Origin: Felis catus
Taxonomy: Eukaryota
Reading direction: 5' to 3'
DNA: 64,000 nt
Assembly (NCBI RefSeq): GCF_018350175.1
Contig: NC_058368.1
Coordinates: 198,836,001 to 198,900,000 of the forward strand
Shown here piece after piece: positions 26,036-39,476 of the stretch. The notes under the pieces are model-generated. The model was not told where the DNA came from. It did not search any database and saw only the letters and a list, made by a program, of their open reading frames with translations. How positions within the stretch are numbered: the stretch's first letter is position 1; the number at the start of each line of letters is the position of its first letter. A program made the position numbers and the translations under genes.

Positions 26036-26460
26036 ACAATGGAATATTAGTCATAAAAAAAAAAAAAAAGAATGAGATCTTGCCATTTGTGAACATGGAT
26101 GGACCTAAAGGGCATTATGAGTGAACTAAGTCAGACAAATAGTGTGATTTCAGTTACATGTGGAATCTGAACAAATAAAAAGCAAAAACAGACTCAAATA
26201 ACTACAAAGAATAAACTGAGGATTGCCAGAGGGGAGGGATGGTGGGAGGATGGACAAAATGGTTGCAGGAGAGGGGGAGGTACAGGCTTCTAGTTATGGT
26301 ACAGCATAGGGAATATAGTCAATGGTATTATAATAGCATTATATGGTGATAGATGGTAGCTCTACTTTTGATGAACATATCATAATGTACACATTTGTGG
26401 GATCACTTTATTGTACACCTTGAATGTAACATTGTATGCCTACTATACTTAAAAAAAAAA
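25871..26460 (+). mobile_element. 5'-truncated L1 (carnivore/L1MA-type 3' end) with internal (TG)n
   Basis: gcagcattatttaca..gccaag..tggaagcaacc..gatgaat..gatcttgccattt..poly-A; TSD aaaaaaatagtatta / aaaaaaacagtatta. Confidence 0.92.
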
Positions 26461-27241
26461 ACAGTATTAAAATTAGCTTCATGTCTGCTTGCAGAAGAAC
26501 ACATTAGTTTCCTCAAGTTCCTTGTCTGGCTAGGGACAATAACAGAATCCTAGGGTTGGAAGTATTCCCTATATTTATTCTCCCTAATTTGGCAAAGACC
26601 ATGAGCATTGATTTTTACCATCTGAATTAAGAGTTTCTCTAGGCCAGAAGACTTGAACTCATTTAAAGCAAAAAGGTAGTATGGTAAGCCATGGCTTTAC
26701 TTGTCCTTCCGAATTCAGTGCTGAGAATCATTCTGTGAGGTCTGCAGTGGGTTTTTCTAGGTTTCTCTTCAGCTTGGTAGATCTTGGAGTCTTCTGGTAC
26801 TTAAAGCTCCACTTATCTGTTGCACTTAATTTATATTTCCAGACCTTTGTGTCCTGTGAAGACATAAAACCCCGGGGATGTAAATAATAAGAGACTAAAA
26901 ATATGGACACTTTATGAGGATTGCTACTCTTGAGGCATCAGATGGTGAATATATACAGATGGACTCATTAAATTTAAAATTCTTTTTACTTTTATCTGCT
27001 TACACATACCTTTTATTTGAGTATTATTGTACTAGGTATAATTTTAAAATAAAACTATATATTCAAATAGAGAAGATCACAAGAAGAAAATGCATATATT
27101 TCACTCTGTACCTCTAATGCCATTAAATTAAAATCCCTTTGAATTTGTGCATGGTAGAAATTTGTGCCATCACAACATAGCAATATGTCTTATCCATCCA
27201 GTTGAGGAGGGACATTTAAACTCACCTAGAATTCAGCATTC

Positions 27242-27392
27242 TTTTTTTTTTTTAAGTTTGTTTGTTTGTTTGTTTGTTTGTTTTGAAAGAGGGAGAGAGA
27301 GAATCCCAAACAGGCTCTGTGCTCAACCCATGAGACCATGACGTGAGATGAAATCGAGAGTCAGGTGCTCAACCGTATCAATCACCCAGCCC
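27242..27392 (-). mobile_element. Internally deleted CAN-SINE
   Basis: T-tail, (TTTG)n, agaatcccaaacaggctctgtgc, gagtcaggtgctcaacc. Confidence 0.8.
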
Positions 27393-30299
27393 TGATTTCA
27401 GTGCTCTTAGGCATCAAACTTTATAAAAGTAAACACAAATTAAAAGTTAACAGAATGCCATCTCCTATTTTGATCCTTCTTTATTATTCTCCCCTTCTTC
27501 TCAGTTGTTTTTAAGCTTTCTCTTGAATTTACGACATTTTACTGGCAATCTGGAGTTGATGAACTGTATTATTCCCCACCCATGCCATTAAGCAGAGGAA
27601 AAGGATAATAATGATCTTCCGCAGACATTTCGCAGCCACACAGTGGGGTAGGTGCCATCATCATCCTCATTCTGTAGGTGAGGCTCAGGTTTTAAGGAAT
27701 TTACCTGGTGTTTGAATACCAGTATCTGGATACTTTACAGACACAGGATTTTTTTCTCGATGCCATTGAGAATGTTATGATCTAGATCTGGCATATAGTA
27801 AAGATCCTAATCAACAGTAAAATTGCCAGATTAGCTGGAAGAGAGGCTGCCACAGCGTGCGAATATTGATTATCACCCCATGCATAAAATAGTTCCACTC
27901 TGGTTTTTTCTCTGTTACCAGCGCAAATGAGACTGGAAGGCAGCACCTGGAATGACGGGGCCCCGCCGGTCTCCAGTGTTGCCACTGAAGCTGTGCAGAG
28001 CTGGAATGCTAGAGGAGCCAGCAAGGGGCACGGGAGTCCAGATGAGTTTTGTGCTTGCAGGTGCTGCAGCACGCCCAGCTGGCTGATACTCACACACCCC
28101 ATCGTAAGGTTTCTTGTTACTGCCAGTTTGAGCCACTTTCATGTCTCTTGGCTTTTCTTTTAATCAAGGGGGCTAGAAGGTGGGAAACATTTCTTTAGGG
28201 TTTAAATGATGTCAGTAATTGGCAGGAGGAAAAAGGAAATTTAATCTGAGAGGATCACAGAGTCATTGGTCTTTTCCTTTCATCTACTTACATATACTTA
28301 TACTGACACCATCAGACTAGTCCCGTTTGCTTTGCCCAGGATGTTACATTGTTGACTCCACGTAGGGGTTGCCCATAGTTTTATATGAAAGCATTTTTCA
28401 GCCATCCTCTGAAGTGAAATGTTAATAACACTCTTTCTCGAGCTTTGGATTTAGTACATCACACAACACAGAAGTTGGCTTCAGAGTTGGAGTCGTCTTG
28501 TATATGTGGTGAGAAGTTCAAAATTACCCCTTATTTATACAGCCTTTGGCAGTTTAGGCAATGCATTTTGTCACCTGTTTGCTGTCTTATGAAGAGCTGG
28601 AAAGTTTATGAAGAAATAGAAAATATGACTTTGAGCCCTTGACATTTTAAAATAAATGTACATATTGTTAGTGACAGATTGCTAAACTTGGCTTTAGACA
28701 CTTAGCTATGTTTCTTGCCAAAAGTAATCCAGATGTGCATAATTTACCCGGCTGCCATATGTGCACTGACATGTCTTTCTATAATCAACTGTCTGTTCAG
28801 TATGGTTACAGTTAAATGTTCTTTTTTATCAACAATCTTTTGAAATAGCACTAGCTTGATAACTTATTTTGAATTTAACAACTTCTCAAAAAGTAATTCG
28901 CATCCAGTTTGGCTTTAAACCTAAGTGACCAGACATGTTGAGTATCTAGAAAAGACACTGACAGTCCAAATTCTCTGGGGCCCTATGTATTTCAAGGGTG
29001 AAGAATCTAGGATCCCAGCGTCAGTATGATCCCATTTCGCTGAGTTTCTTAGAGTGGAATGGAAGGTATAGGTACCTAATTAAATGTTGTCAAAGCAATG
29101 AACAATGAGTAACATCTCTAACGAAGTAATTCCTTTTCAAAAAGAAGTGGGAAAAAGAAATCTTGATTCGGGATGAAATAAATACGTCAAAAGAGGACAT
29201 TTTATTTCTTTCACTAACTCGGTATCTTTTGTGCTATGTGCTGGCGACATTTGGGACTTTCCACCTGAGTTAGGGAGCAGCTGTCTTGATTGCCAAGCCA
29301 TATTTTTGTTGTTGTTGTTGAAGAAAGAAATTAATTTCTAGAGAAATTTTATAGAGAAAAATTTTCTGGAGAATATATATGGTAGGGAGCATTACTGCTC
29401 TTTTGCCATTTTTTAAACCGATTGTTAAGTATCAGTGTGGAGAATTTAGACTACATGATGATCGTGTTGCCTGAATGATTGCACTATCCCTGAGAGATAG
29501 TTACCTTGAAACCCTGTCCTTGTTCTTTGTACTCAGTGACACTGAGCCACTAGCCTGTCTAGACAGGGGTTTTGTCAACCATGTGTGTCCTTGTTTGTGT
29601 TTGTCCACAGCTGCAATTAGGTTTTTCACACTGTCCCCATCTGTGGAGGCTGGCTGCTCAGTGACCTTGGCCAGTGCAAAATCTGTTGAAGCCCGTGTGT
29701 GGAGGGAACTCAGAGCACAGATGGTAGCACTGATGATGGGGAACCGTCGTGACTGGTGCCTGGGCTGATCGTAACCAACCCATCCCGCCCGCAGTATGAT
29801 TTTAAGAGAGGTGTCCTGCAACCTACAAGACTCGGGTGAAAACTGGCTCCGCGTCGGCACAGATGTCCCGACAAAGATGAGAAGCATCGGTGGCATTCTT
29901 GGAGGGAGGTCTTTTCTTTATCATTATCGTAGCCAATGTGTAGCTTTTATTTTCTAACCAGCTACCACTTTCCCCCACTTTCCCCTTCTACTCCTCTAGA
30001 GTTTAGCAGGAGGTTCTGAACACAAGTGCACCAGAAAAGCACAGAGGCCTGTAAGAATTCCAGGTTTCCCAGTCTGAATGCTGCAGCTTGGGTCTGGTTT
30101 TGAAAACAGAGTATGCATTTGAAAAAAAAAAAAAAAAAAAAACCTGATTTGGACTAAACTGTAACTGTTAATGTACCCTGCTTGAGCTCACCTGTCAATT
30201 TGGAATCTTTGGGGCATGATTGGCAGTTCTTCTTCGCAATTTTGAAATGTTCAAGTTCTCTTCTACGAGCTGCTGACCATTTTTTATGATTAAAACATT

Positions 30300-30300
<1 letters not shown>

Positions 30301-30330
<30 letters not shown>
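30301..30330. repeat. (GT)15 microsatellite
   Basis: Direct reading. Confidence 0.97.
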
Positions 30331-30334
<4 letters not shown>

Positions 30335-30594
30335 AAAGATAGTTGTATGTTTTAACTTACATATACATATACAATCATACAACTAATTTTTAGGTGGAGA
30401 ATTAGCATTGCTATCGCTAGTCCCACCACCATCTATTTTTGACTTTTCCTTATTTTGAATCAATAAACATTTCCCAAATTACTAGATTCATCCAAATTCA
30501 AAGGACTTAATTTTTTTTTTTACTTGCAGTAATTTTGTGAATGTCATGTTATTTCAGAGGCCCATGATTCTTTTAAAAATTATGTATTACTACT

Positions 30595-30776
30595 GAGGCA
30601 CCTGGTGGCTCAGTCAGTTTAGCGTCTGACATGATCTCATGTTTTGTGGGGTTCAAGCCCCATGTCGGAGTCTCTGCTGTCAGCCCAGAGCCCACGTGGG
30701 GTACTCTGTCTCCATTTCCCTCTGCCCCTCCCCCGCTGGCGCATACACCCTCTCTCCAAAAATAAACGTTAAAAAA
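30595..30776 (+). mobile_element. CAN-SINE
   Basis: Head to tail; TSD aaaaattatgtatta(c/a)tac. Confidence 0.93.
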
Positions 30777-30809
30777 ATTATGTATTAATACAACATTTTG
30801 GAAATAACA

Positions 30810-31040
30810 GTAACAACAGCAGTAGTAATTACAGCAAATATATACCAAGCCTGTACATGGTGCTGTTCTAACAGCCTTACTTGGCTCACGTTTCTAACAA
30901 CCAGACGAGGTGAGCACCATTACTGGTCTGACTTGACAGATGAGGGTGGCAAGTCGCCTAAAGTCACAGAGCTAGGAAGTGGCAAAGCCTAGCTAGAAAC
31001 CAGGGTGTGTGGCTCCAGGACCCGTTTCCCTAATTACTGT
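30810..31040 (-). mobile_element. MIR SINE
   Basis: acagatgagg...aaagtcacagagctaggaagtggcaaagcc...tggctccag. Confidence 0.75.
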
Positions 31041-32165
31041 CTCCAACAGTACCAATATTAACATATCAACCTTAAAAAGAGCCTGTCCAGGATGTCATAA
31101 CAATGAAATGGCCTGATCCTGATAAGTATTTCTATTTTTTATACTTGGGAAATTGCGATTAAGATCAGTATACCTCAGGATCTCCTGTCTGTTTAGGCTA
31201 ATGCCCCCGTCTGACAATTTGATGTCTCTTACAGGATTTATCTCACCTGGCCTCCCTGTTGAAGTCACTCTGTAGAACTGGGACCAATGTCATATAGTCA
31301 GTCGTTCATTCTTCTAGCAGCTTACAAATTAGACACGCAGAACCGGACAAAAGACATAGTCTGTTTCCTCAAGAATTTCCCTTAGAATGGCCCACATGGT
31401 CATGGCTGATCTTCCATAATTGTTGGGCAAATTGACTTCTGGAGACTATTTTGGAGGTGTGTGGAATTGTCCCTACTGATTTATTGACTTGTAATTTTCT
31501 GTTTCTCAGCGTCGGTGTAATCGAACCCACTAGTTGCATCTTCCCTCTAGCTGCCCAACATCTAAAACTTCTTGTTTTGTTTCACTTCATACATTTCCCA
31601 TACTCTACCTCCACTCTTGTTTCCTCTGCAATTTGGTAAAATGGAAAGAAAATAGTTGGAGATGTCCTTGGTTCAGGCCCTAACTCTACCCCTTTTTTAG
31701 CCATGTGACAGTAGGCGAGTTCTCTGAGCCATCATCTCCTCCACGAGGCCCACACTGAAGATAGAATCAGGAAACAGTGTCAAGACATGGTCTTGGCCCT
31801 TGGAATGCTGACATTTTAGTGGAAGATGTAGATACATAAACATTACAAGCAAACGATGAAGTTTTACAGAGGTGGCCTGTGCCACGTGTTCTAAGAGCTT
31901 AGAGGTGGGTAATAAGTTTTGGTGAGTGAATGAATGTATGAGTAAAAGTTGAGAAAAGGAACTGAAGTATGCAAGACTTCTTGTCAGGAGATTTGTCACA
32001 ACCCTGGCTAGCACAGAGAGTGATTTTATAAATGTTCATTTATTCACGTAGTATTGATTGCCTCCTACCATATGGCAGACAAAGTGCAATTTGCTACAGA
32101 TGACAAAGGCCATGGTTCTTGCTCAAGGAAAATAACCGAATTGTCCATTGCTCTGAATATTAAAT

Positions 32166-32168
<3 letters not shown>

Positions 32169-32196
<28 letters not shown>
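32169..32196. repeat. (CA)14 microsatellite
   Basis: Direct reading. Confidence 0.97.
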
Positions 32197-32199
<3 letters not shown>

Positions 32200-32870
32200 C
32201 CACCTGCATTTTTTCTGGTCAGATGCTGTAGGATAAACACTTGATACACTGACGAGACCTTCCTGCTGTATCAATAAGTATATTTAAATAGGTAGTAGCT
32301 TTGTACCTGTTTATTTTAAAGTCTCCATTTTGATGTAAATGAACTAAGAAGGTGAGTATATAAACAGCTTGCAGACGAACTCTCATGCCTGCGAGCGAAA
32401 TGTATATACCTAGTTTTGTGAAATCTTTCATCAGATCATCTGTTAGTACAAGTAGTTTAGTTCGCAAATAATGCATAGTTTTTAAGCAGGTGCTACACAA
32501 GTGTAAGTTTTATGCTTCTATTTTTTTGTCACAATGATGCAAATACTGGAGAAAATTGCCGGGAAGACTCTCTCTTCTCCTCTCTTCCTGAAATGCAGTG
32601 TAAATAGCATATATTGTCAAATCTTAGTAATAATAACATTCATGAAACATGACTTCCTCAGAGGAGTGAGAAAAATATTTTGATGTTTAGCAAATGCTAT
32701 CCCAACAGTGGAAGGGATGCCAATTTCCTGTTAGATGTTAAATCAATCATTCTGACTGCAAGTAGTGATTGAGCAAACATGGCCAAATTTTAATCTATAA
32801 GTTATTTACGTCTATTCTTTTTTGTTGTAGTTTTCAGGAAATCTAAATATTTAAAAGGAAGCTGTTCACA

Positions 32871-33080
32871 GGTACCTGGGTGGCTCAGTTAGTTAAGCAT
32901 ACTACTTTTGGTCTCGGCTGGGGTCATGATCTCCCAGTTTGTGGGTTCAAGCCCCACATCAGGGAATTGCTTGGAATTCTGTTCTCCCTCTCTTTCTGCC
33001 CCTCCCCTCTTTTGCACACGCTCTTACTCTCTTGCTCTCTCTTTCTCTGTCTCAGAAAAAAATAAACTTTAAAAACAAAA
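32871..33080 (+). mobile_element. CAN-SINE (internal deletion)
   Basis: Head and tail present; TSD aaaaggaagctgtt. Confidence 0.93.
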
Positions 33081-33277
33081 AAGGAAGCTGTTTAATAGAC
33101 CCTATTCCAATATCCAGTACCCATCCCCCATATTTATCATAATCAGCTGTGTTTGTGATTAGTTTCTGTGATATTTTGTCAGTAATATCTTGCATTTGAA
33201 AAAAATTATATTATAAAACAACATAGCATTATAAAAATGTGGAAAGTAGAAACAAATTTATAATCCCATTGCCTAAT

Positions 33278-33465
33278 ACAGGGTTCCACAATCTCTGCAC
33301 AATTGATAATTGTGGCTGGAGAATTCTTGCTTAGTGGGAGTTGCCTTGTAGGATGGTTAGAGGCATACCTGTAGCACCCCCTGAGCTTTGACAACAGAAA
33401 ACCCCTCCCAGGGGTGCCACGTGTCTTCGGTGGCTGAAACTGCCTCTCCACCATTTGAAAACTGT
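33278..33465. mobile_element. MER20-like hAT-Charlie DNA transposon
   Basis: cagggtt..caatctctgcacaattga..aattctt..tgtaggatg..gtagcaccccc..tgacaacagaaa matches recalled MER20. Confidence 0.75.
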
Positions 33466-33974
33466 CCTGAAGCTATGATCAATTAGACTGTTCCTGTCAG
33501 TTTTTCATTTACATATAGGTCCTTTCATGGAGGTGTGATAGAGTGTGTTCATAATGCCATATCCTGATTTTTATGTCATATAACAGTTAAGCATTCTCTG
33601 CTGTTAACGAGGTATCAAAATTATCACTTTTTAATTAGCCCCCTTTTGAATTTTTTATGAATAACATGGCAAATAACATCTTTGTGCATATGTTCCACTT
33701 TAAATTTTGCTTTTAAAGTGTGCGTTCTGTTGCTTATGAATTCTTTTCCTACTTTTTCTGTTAACATATGGAGGCTTAGGTTTAGGTAAAACGGAACCAG
33801 AATGACTCGAGTTATCTATAAATTCTAAGGTCTGTGCCCTTATAAGACTGGAGTGTTTACACATCCTGCAAGGTGTCCTTCTGAGGGAGGGCTGGGGTCC
33901 CCTTGCTCCTGGAGGGGGCCCCCCTTTCCTCTCACGTGCCTCTATTTCCACATGTCCCCTGCTACAGGAGAAAG

Positions 33975-34170
33975 CTCAGGCTTTGGAATCAGACAGATGT
34001 GGATTCATTCCTGCTGCAAACACTACTAGCTTTGTGATTCGAGGCAATATACACTGTGAAACCTTCTCATCTATAAAAAGAGAGGAAACTGCCTATTACA
34101 CAGAGCTATTGGAACACTTAGCAATAATGTTTTAAAACATCTAGCAGAATAAGTACTCAGTAACTGACGG
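33975..34170 (+). mobile_element. MIR SINE
   Basis: ggctttggaatcagacaga...actagctttgtga...ttctcatctataaaa. Confidence 0.7.
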
Positions 34171-34223
34171 CTAAAAGTTGTATTAATAAGAACAGTGTGG
34201 CTTCTTTTCCTTCTTGCTCTAAG

Positions 34224-34561
34224 CCAGCATAGTCCAAAAATAAATGCAGGCCACAAGTGTGAGTCATAGGAGTAGCTTAACTTTTCTAGTAGCCATGTTA
34301 AAATAAGTAAAAAGAATAGGTGAAATTGTAATACTGTCATTTTAGTTAGGTCAGTATTCCCAAATATTATAATTTCTGCATGTAATCAGTACTAAAAATC
34401 ATTAATGAGATGTTTTATATTCTAAGTCTTTTGAAAGGTGACATGTGCTGTGATATGAAATGTGTTTTTGCACTTACAGCACAACCCAGTGTGGACCCGC
34501 CACATTTCAAGCGCTCAGTAGCCAGGTGTAGCTATAATGGCTATCTTATTGGAAAGCACTG
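34224..34561. mobile_element. MER33-like hAT-Charlie DNA transposon
   Basis: ttttctagtagcca..ttaaaa..gtaaaaaga..ggtgaaatt ... cacttacagcaca ... ccacatttcaagcgctcagtagcca..tggcta..ttgga. Confidence 0.8.
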
Positions 34562-34670
34562 CTGTGAGCAGTACTTGGAAGATGCCAGGTTAATACGTGT
34601 GTATTGACAAATCAATTGTTATTAAATACAATAGCCACATCTCCCTTAAAGATCAAATCGTTCCTCAAAT

Positions 34671-34900
34671 TTCCTTTTTTTTTTTTTTTTTCTTTTAATG
34701 TTTATCTTTAAGAGAGACAGACAGACAGAGACAGAGCATGAGCAGGAGAGGGACAGAGAGAGACTGAGACCGAATCCGAAGCAGGCTCCAGGCTCTGAGC
34801 TATCAGCACAGAGCCCGATGCGGAGCTGGAACTCAGAAGTCATGAGATCATGACCTGAGCCAAAATCCGACGCTCAACCAACTGAGCCGCCCAGGAGTCC
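34671..34900 (-). mobile_element. CAN-SINE (feliform type)
   Basis: Reverse-complement full SINE. Confidence 0.94.
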
Positions 34901-37019
34901 CTCTCCCTCCCCCCAACCTTTTTTTTTAAAGCGGGACAACAAACTATTAAAACTCCTAAATTTCACACTGCCCTTCTCAATTTTGTTTAGTTCTATAGTT
35001 GTCAGTAGGAATATCTTACAGGTACTGTCACTTGAATGTGGGTTGTATCTTAACTTGCTATTCACTTTAACGTTTGACTTAGTTTATCCAAACATTACCA
35101 TTCAGGTATTTATGAAGCGCAGAATGTGTGCGGGCACCATGCTAAATGTTGGCTTCCGTTAGCTCTTTGGTACTCCAGAAACTTCCATGGGCAGTAGTAA
35201 TATTACCCCCTTTCCACATGAAGAAATTAAGACACAGAGTGCCCAGATCGCATGCCTGAGATCACACATCTAGGAAGTAGAAGAGTTGGAATAAGAATTC
35301 AAGAAAACTGTTGTACAGCTTCATACCCTTACGGAACTGCTGTGGCGCTGGCTTTTTCCTCAAAGCTCCTTTCTTTCAACACAGGCCAGTCATTTGTATT
35401 TGTCCCATTGGAATACTTGGTCAGGACTTGGTATTCCCAGTAGATGGTCACATCTCCTGCAGAATTTTCCTCTGTTGCCCTAAAATACTAAAAGCAGTGG
35501 TTTGGTTGGTCAGTTTGTCCTGGAGGTCTGGGAACTGTCAGGGGAGTGAGTCTGTGGGGTCATAGGCCACGTTCAGTCTGGATCATGCCCCTTGTATCCT
35601 TTCTGCTGAGGAATAACCCCTTCCTCAGTATTTCAGTATCAGACTGGAATACTTGTACTTCTTTCTTTACTTGCCCACTCTAAGTTCAGGGTGGAGGGAG
35701 GGGACACATATGGGGGAGAATAGTGCCTGGTTGTTACACGGCACCCATACACTGTGTTGTGGGAGAAAGCGCGGCCTCCGGATTTCTGAAGCAAGTCAAG
35801 AGACAGAAACGTGTTATGCGAGTCTGACTCACTGAGCAGAATGGGCCAGATAAGTGGTGGGAAAACCCAAAACCAACTTTCCTATGACCTTCTGTGAAAT
35901 TCTGCTTTGCGCCCTAAGAAGAATGTTAAAAATGATGTGGTCGGAGTTGGGAGAGCTGCAGCTGAGAGACTGTATTGGAAGGAGAATTTCTAATTTTGAA
36001 AGGAAGCTCGCTAACCTCATAGCCACCGCTAATAGCTGTATAAATATTAATAAAGCTTTAAACACCTCCCAAATTAGCTTTATTTTTATATCAAAAGTGC
36101 AAGACATGGAAGTGGTAATTTGTGTTAGTCCGGCAGACACAAAATTAATTGAGATAAAAACAAGAAGTAGCAGGCAAACCCTTTGGGTGACAAAGTAATG
36201 AGTTCTCCTGACTCAGGCGGTTTCTGGTGAAACATCATGACAGGAACCGAGTTCCCATTATTGAGCTGGGAGGCTGTCCTATGGATCAGTGCTCCTTAAC
36301 AACCGTCAAAGTCATAAAAGAAACTGAAGTCAGGTTCCGTGGCCTTGTCACTTAGCAGCGTCCTGGGAGGAACAACTGCACCTCACCGAGAGCCTTGATT
36401 TTCCTGTCCTGTGGGGGTATCAGGTGTGCTGTTCCATGTGGGCCTATAAGCTGCACAGTCAAGACAGCAGAGTGTGGGCACGACGAGCCCAGGGAAGCAC
36501 GGGGTAAAGAGGTTCGTTGGCACCTCCAAGTTTGGTATGTGTTTCCCAGCACAGTTGAGCAACACATCGAGAACTGACTGCAGTCTCTTCACGTTTTCTC
36601 GGAAGTATCAACCTGTCACCCGACAGACTCGCTGACTTGTATGCAGCCCATAGTCCTTCGAGGCCTAGGTCAGCTGCACATGCCAGGTGCCACATCCTCA
36701 TGATGCCCTGACTTGTGCAGGCTTTGTTATCAGCTTTGATTTGTTGTTTAGTTGTTTTTTTCATCCTAACATCCTCTGCTTCGTGTCGGATGGGTTTCTT
36801 TTTGAAGTTATAAAATGATTCTACTGTGAAGGGTTAAGAGCTAAGGAAATGGGATTGCACAGCTGGGAATTAGAAAAGAAGATAACAGTCAACCTCCTAG
36901 GAACTGTGGCCTTCTAGAAACCATGACTGTATAAGTCCCAGATTTCTCTACCTTTAGCCATTGCTACAATTTGTATCCTTCGGTGACCATTTTATATCCC
37001 TCGTGGTGTTTCTTCTCAT

Positions 37020-37088
37020 GGGCTTCCCTTGAATTCATGACCCCAAGATCAAGAGTCACACGTTCTGACTGAGCCAGCCAGGAGCCTC
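37020..37088 (-). mobile_element. CAN-SINE head fragment
   Basis: catgaccccaagatcaagagtcac..gactgagccagccaggagcc. Confidence 0.7.
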
Positions 37089-38264
37089 TGTCACCCCCAT
37101 TTTTTCACCCTGGGCCCAACGTGTCTGTTAACCCAGCCTTCTAGCCAGATTTGCTTCCAGTATAGAACCTGATAAAGGGTATCGATTGCCAAGAAAATAC
37201 ATGTTCATCATTACCAAAGGTCCAAACTGTGAGCATAGCCAGTGTTCTTTTCATGCATTGAAATATGTTTCTTCGCACAGTTTGAGCTTGAAAAAGAACT
37301 TTTTAACTACTTCCAATTTTTGGTTAGAAGTAGAATATGAAATACAGGCATCAAGTTTCCATGCACCTTTTTTTCCCACACATTAATAACTACCATCTAA
37401 TTAGTAATGCTGAAGGTGCCAAATGACTAACACGGATCTTTTAAAAAATCAACCATACAATGAGACAATACTTCTCAGAAGTATTTGAGACATTACTATA
37501 AAGCCAAGTCTCCTTTAATTACCCTACTTGCTACTTCCCACCATCACTCCCTAGAGATACCATATTGAGACTATGGTATATATCTTTCTAGAACCTTCTG
37601 TATGTTTTCTCATGTTTTACATTTATCCAGAGAAAATGGAATCTTGTTTTTTGTATCTGTGTTTTTGCATAAATGCTGCAATACCAGTACATTGTGATCT
37701 TCTAACCAAGTGATCAAGTAAATGAACAGTTCACAGCAACGTCTAAATATAGTGGGTTAGGTTGTCAATTGGAAATTAAAGTCCATACACTATGTTGAAT
37801 GCAAAATTTGAAAAATGCCTAAGGAACCACAAGATCCATTTGAACTGATCTTACAGCATATATCCAACGTTGCTTCCCCTCACAGTGAAGACGCTATCAG
37901 AAGGGAGTACCTGAACAAACAAGAAAGAGTTCCTCTAAGTTTTGTGGATCTATCAGCCTTTAAAGCTGCCCCACTGTCATTTCTTAGGAAGCAGCCATGT
38001 TAGGTCATTTGGCCAACTTAATAATCCCTGTGTTTCCATTAGGCTGAGACAATGGTGATCTTTATTCTGTACAAGTGAAAAAAAAAAGCAACTTAAGTAT
38101 AGATTAAGGAAGAGCAGAGGGATTGTATGAGTGGCTAAGAGATGACAGAGTTCTATCAAGACTTTTCTTGAGAACTTCTTGGACTGGATTTAAAAGGAAT
38201 GCGTTGTGATGATGTAAAGGAGTGTGTTATTAAGATTGTTTTTTCAAATGTATTTAGAACACAG

Positions 38265-38844
38265 TCACATCTCATCGACACCACTGCTCCCACCAGCATT
38301 TCTCACATGCAATGGTAATGGTCTCTGACCTTCTCCCTGATCTCCCCCACTCCCCCCTACCCCTTTGCTCTCCCATACTTTATTTTCTCCAGTAACCTGA
38401 GGAAGCTTTCAAAGATGGACATCAGATGATAACTCCAAAACTGCCCATGGCTCTTCATGGTAAAGACAGAAGCACTGTATAATCTGGATTCTCCCACTTC
38501 CTTGGCTTCATCTTCTAGCATTTCCCCTTTAGCTCCATCAACTCCAGCCACACTGCCCTCCTCCTGGTCCTTGAACTTGATAAGTAGAATCTCATCTCAG
38601 AGCTTTGATACCTGCCATTCCCTCTGCCCAGATATCCCCATGGCTCACTTCCCCACATCCTTGAGGAATTTTCTCAGCTGTCACTTTATTAAAGAGGCCT
38701 TTTCTGATGCCCCTTCCCTCAACCACTCTTCTTTACCAGTTTTTTTTTTCCTACATAGCACTTCTTCACATATCACATATTCATTTGTTTGGTTTTTTTC
38801 TTAGCTCATCTCATGAGAATATAAGCTCCTCACGAGAAGGGTAT

Positions 38845-38875
<31 letters not shown>

Positions 38876-38940
38876 GGTCTGCATCAGCCAGAATGATGCC
38901 TAGTGTAAAGTAAGGTTCAATAAATACTTGCTTAATTAAC
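38265..38940 (+). mobile_element. L2 (L2a-like) 3' fragment
   Basis: ctccagccacactg..ttccctctgcc..catggctcacttcc..agaggccttt..tataagctcc..tcaataaatacttg. Confidence 0.85.
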
Positions 38941-39275
38941 AATCCGTGTAAACCAGCCAAGCTAAAAATTGAGAGGGAAAAATGAGGTATGAGGTTCGGA
39001 AATCAGTCTTGGATAGGACTAAGGGAGCCAGTAAATGAGAGGGAGGTAAAATGCCACTGCGTATTCTTTACAGTTTCCTGACATCTTCATATATTATCCA
39101 ATTATAGGGATTTAGAGTCTGTGCTTTAGATGGTGACCTACAACTTCTGTCTGTCGGGGCGATTGTAATTTAAGTATGCTACTATTTCATTAATGAGGGT
39201 TGAGCCCCTGTTTAGTAAATAACCAAACACTCTATAGAGAGAAGAACATGATGGGAATAGAATGTTCTTTTTAAA

Positions 39276-39476
39276 AATATTTTTAATGTTTATTCATTTT
39301 TGAGAAGTGGGGGGGGGGGAGGCCGAAAGAGAGGGAGACACATAATCCAATGCAGGCTCCAGACTCTGAGCTGTCAGCACAGAGCCTGATGCGGGGCTCA
39401 AACCCACAAATCGCGAGATCATGACCTGAGCTGAAGTCGGACACTTAACCGACTGAGCCACCCAGGCACCAGCCCC
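39276..39476 (-). mobile_element. CAN-SINE (feliform type)
   Basis: Perfect 18-bp TSD tagaatgttctttttaaa. Confidence 0.96.

Noticed and set aside
29475..29896. 131-aa (-) and 97-aa (+) ORFs
   Set aside because: No recognisable homology or convincing splice/promoter context; expected by chance in GC-richer DNA.
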